From NCBI GenBank assembly GCA_947306345.1, contig CAMZGG010000002.1:1-46788 (forward strand): a stretch of 46,788 nucleotides of DNA, in the 5' to 3' direction. A program made the position numbers and the translations under genes. Source of the stretch: an uncultured Bacillales bacterium. GTDB lineage: Bacteria; Bacillota_I; Bacilli_A; RFN20; CAG-826. The notes beneath the pieces were generated by a model. It had not been told where the DNA came from and did no database searches. It saw nothing but the letters and a program-made list of their open reading frames with translations. Shown here piece after piece: positions 35,115-42,296 of the stretch (positions within the stretch are counted from its first letter, which is position 1; every line of letters begins with the position of its first letter).

Positions 35115-36551
35115 ATGGCACAAGGCCAAATTAAAAATGACGCGATTACTCGTCAAGAAGACGATTTCGCCCAATGGTATACAGACGTATGCCGTAAAGC
35201 TGAATTAATGGATTATTCATCCGTTAAAGGATTCATTATTTATCGTCCCTATGGTTACGCCATTTGGGAAGAAATACAAAACTACTTAAATAAAAGATTT
35301 AAAGAAACCGGACACCAAAATGTCTACATGCCAACTGTTATCCCAACTTCTTTATTACAAAAAGAAAAGGATCACGTTGAAGGTTTCGCTCCAGAATGCT
35401 TAATCGCCGATATCGGTGGTGGTCAAAAGATTGATGACCCATTAATCATTAGACCAACAAGTGAAACATTATTCTGTGAACACTATGCTAAAATCATCTC
35501 CTCTTATAGAGATTTACCAAAACTTTATAACCAATGGTGCTCAGTCGTGAGATGGGAAAAGACTACCCGTCCATTCTTAAGAGGTGCGGAATTCTTATGG
35601 CAAGAAGGCCATACTATGCACGAAACCGAAGAAGAAGCCAGAACTGAAACATTAAAGATGTTAGAAATCTATGATGATTTAGGTCGTGATATCTTAGCGG
35701 TTCCTTTCACTAAAGGTAGAAAGACCGATAAAGAAAAATTCGCTGGTGCGATGGAAACATACTCTATCGAAGCTTTAATGCCAGATGGTAAAGCCTTACA
35801 AAGTGGTACCACTCACTATTTTGGTACAGGCTTCGCTGAAGCTTTTGGAATTAAATTCCAAGGTAGAGATGGTAAGTTATATAATCCACATCAAACATCT
35901 TGGGGCGTTTCCACAAGATTATTAGGCGCTATTATCATGGTGCATGGTGATGACAATGGTTTAGTTTTACCACCATATGTTGCCCCAATCCAAGCGGTGG
36001 TTATTCCAGTTGCTCAACAAAAACCAGGCGTCATTCCTGCCGCTAGAGAATTAGAAAAATTGTTAAAAGACGCAGGCGTGCGTGTTAAATTAGATGAATC
36101 TGATAAGACACCAGGCTGGAAGTTCTCTGAATATGAAATGAAAGGTGTCCCACTCCGTATTGAAATCGGTCCAAGAGACATTGAAGCGGGTGTCGTGACA
36201 ATCGCTGTTCGTCACGATGGTCGTAAGATTACCGTGAAGAAAGAAGAAATGGTGGAAACTGTCCTTCAATTATTCAAGCAAGTCCATCAAGAAATGTATG
36301 AAAAAGCTTATAAGTACTTACTTGACCATGTCACCGAAGTCACCAATATGGATGAATTCAATAAAGCCATGGAAAAAGGTGGCTACGCTAAGATGATGTG
36401 GTGTGGTGACCAAGCTTGTGAAGACAAGATTAAAGAACTCACAACTGCGACAGCACGTTGCATTCCATTTAATCAAATGGCCTTCGCAGAAACATGTCCA
36501 ATCTGTGGTAAGAAAGCCAAAAAGGTTGTCTTGTTCGCGAAAGCATATTAA
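35115..36551 (+). CDS. proS: proline--tRNA ligase (archaeal/eukaryote-like type)
   Basis: 478 aa. Class II motifs (..RPTSET.., ..RWE..TRPFLR..EF.WQEGH..) and the C-terminal Zn-like CxxC...CxxC with terminal Tyr, typical of this ProRS type. Confidence 0.95.
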   Translation: MAQGQIKNDAITRQEDDFAQWYTDVCRKAELMDYSSVKGFIIYRPYGYAIWEEIQNYLNKRFKETGHQNVYMPTVIPTSLLQKEKDHVEGFAPECLIADIGGGQKIDDPLIIRPTSETLFCEHYAKIISSYRDLPKLYNQWCSVVRWEKTTRPFLRGAEFLWQEGHTMHETEEEARTETLKMLEIYDDLGRDILAVPFTKGRKTDKEKFAGAMETYSIEALMPDGKALQSGTTHYFGTGFAEAFGIKFQGRDGKLYNPHQTSWGVSTRLLGAIIMVHGDDNGLVLPPYVAPIQAVVIPVAQQKPGVIPAARELEKLLKDAGVRVKLDESDKTPGWKFSEYEMKGVPLRIEIGPRDIEAGVVTIAVRHDGRKITVKKEEMVETVLQLFKQVHQEMYEKAYKYLLDHVTEVTNMDEFNKAMEKGGYAKMMWCGDQACEDKIKELTTATARCIPFNQMAFAETCPICGKKAKKVVLFAKAY

Positions 36552-36613
36552 TTTTTCAAAATTATTATTTAATTTCGTTCGCTCTTTATGTTAATATAAG
36601 GAGCGTTCGCTCT

Positions 36614-36704
36614 GGAGTAGTACCCAAGTTGGTGAAGGGGCTTCCCTGCTAAGGAAGTAGATCGGGTAACTGGTGCGAGAGTTCGAGTCTCTCCTACTCC
36701 GCCA
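36614..36704 (+). tRNA. tRNA-Ser (anticodon GCU), CCA encoded
   Basis: GGAGTAG-TA-CCCAAGTTGGTGAAGGG; anticodon stem CTTCC/GGAAG with loop CTGCTAA; long variable arm; T-arm GAGAGTTCGAGTCTCTC; ends CTACTCC-G-CCA. Confidence 0.92.
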
Positions 36705-36719
36705 TCGAAAAAAAGAATG

Positions 36720-36748
36720 ATTCTGGCAAGAAATTGTCAGAATTTTTC
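36720..36748 (+). terminator. terminator after tRNA-Ser(GCU)
   Basis: Stem ATTCTGGC/GTCAGAAT (one G-U pair), followed by TTTTT. Confidence 0.7.
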
Positions 36749-36854
36749 ATTTCTGCTTATTCTATATCTATTAAGATTTATACACGTGAAACAAGCCATC
36801 ATACTCAAATCTTTGACTCCTATAAATAGATTTACAATCTATAATTTAGGGCGC

Positions 36855-36883
36855 TTGACTGCTAGAATAACCTTAATTACAAT
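36855..36883 (+). promoter_or_regulatory. sigma-A type promoter for the lipoprotein / surface-protein operon
   Basis: TTGACT (36855-36860), 17-nt spacer, TACAAT (36878-36883). A second TTGACT/TACAAT-like pair lies about 40 nt upstream. Confidence 0.65.
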
Positions 36884-36916
36884 AAATATAAATTAAATAA
36901 TAAGGAGAAGTATTCT

Positions 36917-37657
36917 ATGAAAAAGGGACTTTTTATTGTTTTCCCAATACTGCTTTTATCGTTAACTGCTTGTGATTTAAGCGCCCTAATGAGTAATTTA
37001 GGTGGTGGTGATGGCGATGGTGATTCAAGTCAAAATGCTGGTGACAATTCGAATGGTAATGCCAACAGCAATAATCAAGGCGATGATGATTCCATCTTCG
37101 ACAAAACCGAATCTATTGATAAGTTAATGGCTTATGGGAAAGATACCGGTTTTGAAATAGTCACTGTTGGTTCTGAAAGCGATGGTACCGCTAATACATC
37201 ATTCACTTTAGGCATGAAAGGCAATGCTTGGTGGCTTATCGATGAAGATGGTTATGGTGTAGGCTATCGTTTAGAAAATAATGTTTGTTCTTCGCTCACC
37301 TATGACAGTGAAGCAAAAACATGGTCTGTTTTAATCGCTAATATTGGTGAATCACAATATAAGGAAATGTTTGCTAGCCAAACCGACTATCTTTACAAAG
37401 CCAACAACTATTTCGCTAATGAAGGCTTTGCATCAAATGGCTCTGGTAAATATGCCGGAAGAGATGTTTTGAAATATAAATATCACCGCGCTGTTGCTAC
37501 AGTCAGTATTGATCACGAATACTATGTTGATAAGGAATTAGGTATTTGTATCTATCAATATGCCGCGACCACAAGCGATGGCGATACAAGTTGGGCAAAA
37601 CTTGAGACAACATCTTTTAAAACAGGTAACGATGTTCCAGCTATTACGATTGCATAA
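36917..37657 (+). CDS. lipoprotein with Gly/Asp/Asn-rich linker, unknown function
   Basis: MKKGLFIVFPILLLSLTAC has a lipobox (LTAC). A low-complexity GGGDGDGDSSQNAGDNSNGNANSNNQGDDD linker follows. AAGGAGAAG RBS. Confidence 0.75.
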   Translation: MKKGLFIVFPILLLSLTACDLSALMSNLGGGDGDGDSSQNAGDNSNGNANSNNQGDDDSIFDKTESIDKLMAYGKDTGFEIVTVGSESDGTANTSFTLGMKGNAWWLIDEDGYGVGYRLENNVCSSLTYDSEAKTWSVLIANIGESQYKEMFASQTDYLYKANNYFANEGFASNGSGKYAGRDVLKYKYHRAVATVSIDHEYYVDKELGICIYQYAATTSDGDTSWAKLETTSFKTGNDVPAITIA

Positions 37658-37671
37658 AAGAGGTAATCTAT

Positions 37672-39465
37672 ATGAAAAAAATTTTTAGATTAGGCATTTT
37701 TACTTTAGCCTTATCGCTTTGTATTGGAAGTAGTGCTTTAGCATTCAAAGAAGCTAATAAACCAACAAGAGTGGAAGCTGCTGGTGAAGCTTGGCAAAGT
37801 TTATACACAAACGAATATTTCGCTACAACAAAGGAGGCTCTCGATCAAAAAGGATCTGCTCAATCTTATGGCATTAAGCTTCTTAGAGATACTACAGAAA
37901 CACAATGTAACGTTTGGCTTACTTCAGGTTCTGTTACGGTTGATTTGAACGGACATACATTAACAATCGGTAGCCAAGATAGTCCAGTAGCTTGGTATCT
38001 TGCATTTGCTGCAGGTGCTGTTGATTCCAACCTTAATTTAACAATCAAAAGTACGGTTGCCGGTGGCAAGATTAATGCTTATTGTTCAAATGCTGTTTTA
38101 TACATTGATCCAACTCAAACAAATGGATATACCTGTCAAGCCAATATTCAATCTGGAGTTCAAATCAAAAATTTCTCATCCGGAAGAACTGTTTATATGC
38201 ACCAAGGAACTACTTTTACTGTTCAAGATGGTGCTTCTGTAATAGCAACAGATGTTAATCAACCAGCGATTACTAATGTTGGCGGAAGAATTTATAACTA
38301 TGGAACACTTCAAGGCGTCAACAAAGGTGTGTCTTTAGAGGTGGTAAATGTTAGTGGTGCTAATACTTCTCCATTAATCACTTTATATGGCGCAAACGCT
38401 AGAGTTACTCCAAAAATCTATAGTCAACGTGTAGGTGGTATTACCTTAAGTAACTATAGTTATTCTGAAAACAATGCTTCAGTATATCCAGTAAATGTTG
38501 AATTTGATGAATCGATTGTAACTATCCCAGATAATGTTAACGTTTTTAGCAATATAGCTTGGAAATATAAAGACAATTTTGGCAGTTATATTACTATTTC
38601 TGCTGCTGGAAGCAATTACCACACATTAACTTGGATTCAACAAACTTATGGGCAAACTGGTTATTTGCGCTGGGTCAGGAATCAATACACAATTACGTAC
38701 AACATTAATGGCGGCAAATCTGGTAATACGCCAAACCAAACAGCAAGTGCTGAACAAGAAGTTGTTTTAAGAGATAATGGCTTCGTGCCGCAAGATTATC
38801 ATCAATTTAAAGAGTGGAATACTAGTGCTGATGGTGCTGGCGTCCATCTCCAACCAGGAACACTCTTCGAAGTCACAGGCAATATAACTCTATATGCAAT
38901 TTGGGAAGATCTTGTAATTTCGACTGCAGAAAGCTTAAATACACGTTCCTCATTAGCGTATCACTATTCTAAAGATGGTGAAGGTAACTTCACTTTCACT
39001 GATGTGAATGTTAGATTTGGCGGCATTATTCCTCAAAGTTTATGGAACGCTTTAGACCAAGAATCCATCATCGTTGGATATGGCGAATTATATTCCACAG
39101 ATGCCTACTTAGGCGCTAATAAGTTAAAGAGCTATTATGCTACAGCGAACTCCAATCCTAATGTAGAGATTCATTCCTATGAAGTCACTCCAAATCCGGA
39201 CACTATGCCAGTTTTATATGAAGATTCTAATTATCAAGGCGTAGAGGATGACTATTATGTTTGGAACATCCGTAGAAGTGTGTCTGACGCCAATTTCAAA
39301 ACAGTTTATGCCTCAGTTGCATTTATTATTACCCAAGATGATGGTGTCATCTTCATGGAAGAAGTTAGAAAATCAGTTAAGGATCTCGCTCAAGATTTAC
39401 TTGATGGTCCTAACTACGACAATGATTCACTAGGTGGATCACTTAAACACTTAGCCGACCTATAA
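37672..39465 (+). CDS. secreted surface protein with one Listeria-Bacteroides (InlB B-repeat type) repeat
   Basis: Signal peptide. The N-terminal region is rich in short G/N/T beta-strand repeats (beta-helix-like). YTITYNINGG...FKEWNTSADGAG..LQPGTLF.VTGNITLYAIWE matches the Listeria-Bacteroides repeat pattern. Confidence 0.7.
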   Translation: MKKIFRLGIFTLALSLCIGSSALAFKEANKPTRVEAAGEAWQSLYTNEYFATTKEALDQKGSAQSYGIKLLRDTTETQCNVWLTSGSVTVDLNGHTLTIGSQDSPVAWYLAFAAGAVDSNLNLTIKSTVAGGKINAYCSNAVLYIDPTQTNGYTCQANIQSGVQIKNFSSGRTVYMHQGTTFTVQDGASVIATDVNQPAITNVGGRIYNYGTLQGVNKGVSLEVVNVSGANTSPLITLYGANARVTPKIYSQRVGGITLSNYSYSENNASVYPVNVEFDESIVTIPDNVNVFSNIAWKYKDNFGSYITISAAGSNYHTLTWIQQTYGQTGYLRWVRNQYTITYNINGGKSGNTPNQTASAEQEVVLRDNGFVPQDYHQFKEWNTSADGAGVHLQPGTLFEVTGNITLYAIWEDLVISTAESLNTRSSLAYHYSKDGEGNFTFTDVNVRFGGIIPQSLWNALDQESIIVGYGELYSTDAYLGANKLKSYYATANSNPNVEIHSYEVTPNPDTMPVLYEDSNYQGVEDDYYVWNIRRSVSDANFKTVYASVAFIITQDDGVIFMEEVRKSVKDLAQDLLDGPNYDNDSLGGSLKHLADL

Positions 39466-39477
39466 GGAGTAAAGTTT

Positions 39478-39597
39478 ATGGAAGACAAAAAGAAATTCGA
39501 AAAACCCGTCTTAGAAATTGTTGAATTCACTAATGATGATATCATTACGGAATCTGGTGATTTAGAGGATCCTTTTTGGGGTGGCGATAAGAACTAA
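39478..39597 (+). CDS. unannotated 39-aa acidic peptide ORF (MEDKKKFEKPVLEIVEFTNDDIITESGDLEDPFWGGDKN)
   Basis: Not in the ORF track because it is under 60 aa. AAGGAG (39464-39469) lies 8 nt upstream of the ATG at 39478, with TAA at 39595-39597. It lies between the surface-protein stop and a terminator. Confidence 0.5.
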   Translation: MEDKKKFEKPVLEIVEFTNDDIITESGDLEDPFWGGDKN

Positions 39598-39611
39598 GAA
39601 GTCTAAAAACA

Positions 39612-39667
39612 GGGGTACAAAAACTGACTCAAAGGGTACAAAAAATCTCTTGAAGGGTACAATTGTA
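39612..39667. repeat. three direct repeats of GGGTACAA(AAA) at exact 21-bp spacing, the last merging into the palindrome TACAATTGTA
   Basis: Cores start at 39613, 39634 and 39655. The first two share 11 nt (GGGTACAAAAA). The palindrome spans 39658-39667. Confidence 0.8.
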
Positions 39668-39704
39668 TCAAAATAGGAAGTTTAAGCCAAACATTTCAAG
39701 AAAT

Positions 39705-39733
39705 GCCAATTCTACAAAGGATTGGCTTTTTTT
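39705..39733 (+). terminator. rho-independent terminator ending the lipoprotein / surface protein / peptide transcription unit
   Basis: Stem GCCAATTC/GGATTGGC (one G-U pair) with loop TACAAA, followed by TTTTTTT. Confidence 0.8.
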
Positions 39734-39804
39734 GTGCTATACTTTTTTAAAATATTTGAGCGGTTTTTCGTTCTTTAAATGTCTTAATAGGTGAGAGGAA
39801 GTTA

Positions 39805-40302
39805 ATGGCAATCTCAAAACATACAGCAATTGGCTTCATTAACGGTAAACAAGAAGCAATAGAAAAAGTGTATTTAGAATATAAAAATCTAATGTATTTT
39901 GTTATTGCAACTTATGTTAATAATCAAGACGATTGTGATGATATTTTGAGCGAATCATTCCTTAAAGCAGTCGAACATAGAGAGGAATTAAAAGATCCGG
40001 ACAAAATTAAAACATTTCTATGCACTGTTGCCAAAAACCACGCCATTAATTTTCTAAAAAAGAATAGGGATATTCCTTCTTCCGATGTGATTGATGACAT
40101 ATACGGAGAAGAAGATAGAATTAATCCCATTCTTAATATGATTGAACCTCTCTTATCTAACAAAGAAACAATCATAGTTTATCTTCGTGTTATTTATTCC
40201 TATTCTTGGAATGAAATAGTGGAAGAGACCGGCGTTCCAGAATCTTCTGCGAGAAGGATTTATAGCGGAGCGATGGATAAACTAAGAAAGGAACTATTAT
40301 GA
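39805..40302 (+). CDS. ECF-type (group 4) sigma-70 family RNA polymerase sigma factor
   Basis: 165 aa. Region 2-like segment (..YKNLMYFVIATYVNNQDDCDDILSESFLKAV...FLCTVAKNHAINFLKK) and region 4 HTH-like segment (..YSWNEIVEETGVPESSARRIYSGAMDKLRKEL). GAGAGGAAG RBS. Confidence 0.8.
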   Translation: MAISKHTAIGFINGKQEAIEKVYLEYKNLMYFVIATYVNNQDDCDDILSESFLKAVEHREELKDPDKIKTFLCTVAKNHAINFLKKNRDIPSSDVIDDIYGEEDRINPILNMIEPLLSNKETIIVYLRVIYSYSWNEIVEETGVPESSARRIYSGAMDKLRKELL

Positions 40303-41804
40303 GTATTGAAAAAAGAATGAAAAAAAGGATTCAACAAATTGATGACAATTTAGATCAAATAGTCAAAAATCCTTATGAGAAAAAACATCATTTTCCTCTT
40401 TGGGCAAAAATATCTATCCCTGTTGGTAGTGTTGTTTTAGCTTCAATAGTGGCGTTAGGCGTTATTCTTCCTCTTTCACAAACCAATATTTCAAGCCTTC
40501 AAAGCCATAGATTGACTACGCCTAAGTTGGCAAAAATCTCTGAAGTGAGAAACAACAACATCTCAAGCACAACATATGATTCATATACTTCTTTTGCTAA
40601 AAAGTTTGCCTCACTAATGATGTCAGCAAACAACAAGGAAAAAGAAGAGAGTTTGGGTATTTCCATTCCAGATGCATATATATGTTTAGCCATTACCGGA
40701 GCGATATCCAACGATGAAGCGAGAAATGATGTCTTATCATATTTAGAACTAAAAGATATGGATGAATTAAGAACATCTGTTAAAGAAATTGTTTCGACTA
40801 TGGGCACATTATTTAAAAATAAAGACGATAAACTCGTTGGTGGCTATAACCTTAATTCAGTATGGTTCAATCCTGATAAAGTGTCTTTAATCAAAGAAAA
40901 AGACGAACAGCTTTATAAAGATTTAGAAGAAGTGTTTGATGCATCTTTATATTACGAGGCTTTGACTAGCAATACCGCTAATCAATATTTAAAGGAAAAT
41001 GGTTTAAAAGACATGCCCGTACCAGAAATCAAGCTTGATGATGAGAATCCTTCCGCTATAAATGTAATGTCGACTTATTATTGCTTGGATTATTTCCCTG
41101 AAAAAGCGAAGCAAATATATTTGGAACAATACAAAAGCGGAAATCATAAAATGGACTACACCAATAATGGTGATACATCAAAAGTAGATTACATTACTCA
41201 AATCTATGATGGTAGTTCAGTTTACGAAAATGATAATTTCTACGGTTCAAGAATGTCTATAGGTGGCAGTTTATTCATCGAGTATTTCTTACCAAACGAT
41301 AAAAACGCTCTTCCTAGTTCGATTCTCAATGATGTATTAAATAACAATTATCATCTAAAGCAATCTAGCTATTATGACCAAGATAATCAACTTCAAGATA
41401 CCTTCTACCATAACGTCACAATTAACGCCCCATATTTCTCTCTTGATAATGTCGCTGAATTAGATCATGGCGATTTATCTGATATTTTACCGATTATCAC
41501 AAAAGGAGGCGCTGGTGAACGCATTGCTAAAGCAAATAATGGCTTTGGCATGTTTCTAGATTATTTAAAACAGTTCTCAGTAATGAAATTTAATTATGAT
41601 GGTTTTTATTCATGTTCTGTCACTATCTCAGGAATGGAAGTGACATCTGCGCCTTGGTATCCAGAATATGAAGAATTTGAATTAACATTAGATCATCCAT
41701 ATGTTTTTGAAGTCGAAAAGAGTGTCTTGGTAGATGGAACCATTGTTCCTAGCAAGGTTCCACTCGTTGTTGGAGAAATCATTAATCCTAACTATTCTGA
41801 TTAG
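40299..41804 (+). CDS. single-pass membrane protein with extracytoplasmic serpin-fold domain (candidate anti-sigma factor)
   Basis: ATGA overlap with the sigma gene. Short basic N-terminus and one TM helix. Serpin landmarks occur in order, ending in FELTLDHPYVFEV....LVVGEIINP (details in findings). Confidence 0.65.
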   Translation: MSIEKRMKKRIQQIDDNLDQIVKNPYEKKHHFPLWAKISIPVGSVVLASIVALGVILPLSQTNISSLQSHRLTTPKLAKISEVRNNNISSTTYDSYTSFAKKFASLMMSANNKEKEESLGISIPDAYICLAITGAISNDEARNDVLSYLELKDMDELRTSVKEIVSTMGTLFKNKDDKLVGGYNLNSVWFNPDKVSLIKEKDEQLYKDLEEVFDASLYYEALTSNTANQYLKENGLKDMPVPEIKLDDENPSAINVMSTYYCLDYFPEKAKQIYLEQYKSGNHKMDYTNNGDTSKVDYITQIYDGSSVYENDNFYGSRMSIGGSLFIEYFLPNDKNALPSSILNDVLNNNYHLKQSSYYDQDNQLQDTFYHNVTINAPYFSLDNVAELDHGDLSDILPIITKGGAGERIAKANNGFGMFLDYLKQFSVMKFNYDGFYSCSVTISGMEVTSAPWYPEYEEFELTLDHPYVFEVEKSVLVDGTIVPSKVPLVVGEIINPNYSD

Positions 41805-41870
41805 GCAACATATCCTTTGTTGATAACTTCTTATAAAGTATAGAACGGATATTCAAAATCCATAAAAAAT

Positions 41871-41897
41871 ACGGCATTAAATCAATGCCGTTTTTTG
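41871..41897 (+). terminator. terminator of the sigma / serpin operon
   Basis: Stem ACGGCATT/AATGCCGT with loop AAATC, followed by TTTTTT. Confidence 0.85.
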
Positions 41898-41937
41898 TTC
41901 CTTATATTTTGGATATATGAAATAATAAAATCGAATT

Positions 41938-42228
41938 ATGGCTAGTAATAACGATTATTTACAATTTGTCTTAGAACTATTAAGAGAAACTAGAGGCATC
42001 ACCTATAAGAAAATGATGGGTGAATTTATGCTTTATAAAGACGGCATCCTTTTTGGTGGTGTCTATGACAATAGATTCCTTATTAAAAACGTTCCTTCTC
42101 TGAAGGAATATAACTTAAAAGAACAGATCCCATATCCTTCCGCTAAACCAATGCTTTTAATTGATTCTGAAGATCCAGACGAGATTAAAGAGCTAGTTAT
42201 AAAAGCGGTTAATGATTTAAAAAAGTAA
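41938..42228 (+). CDS. TfoX N-terminal domain protein (stand-alone)
   Basis: 96 aa. ..KKMMGEFMLYKDGILFGGVYDNRFLIK.. matches the TfoX_N pattern (kkMFGgyglY.dg.~Fa.v.d..lylK). Confidence 0.65.
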   Translation: MASNNDYLQFVLELLRETRGITYKKMMGEFMLYKDGILFGGVYDNRFLIKNVPSLKEYNLKEQIPYPSAKPMLLIDSEDPDEIKELVIKAVNDLKK

Positions 42229-42296
42229 TTTTTTTCAATGTAAAACTATATAAGATACATTCTAAATAAATTGTTTTTTCTCGTGTCTGGCTATGT

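Noticed and set aside
36576-36613. 10-bp direct repeat CGTTCGCTCT (36576-36585 and 36604-36613) just upstream of tRNA-Ser(GCU), considered as an integration scar
   Set aside because: Both copies lie upstream of the tRNA, only 28 bp apart, and do not bracket any gene. More likely it is part of the tRNA promoter/leader or chance.
36813-36845. Second upstream promoter (TTGACT at 36813-36818 with TACAAT/TATAAT boxes) for the lipoprotein operon
   Set aside because: Spacer lengths of 14 or 21 nt are non-optimal. I kept only the downstream TTGACT-17-TACAAT promoter as a feature.
39612-39667. CRISPR-like array
   Set aside because: There are only three short (8-11 nt) repeats with 10-13 nt between them and no cas genes. 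This is a phased binding-site-like repeat, not a CRISPR array.
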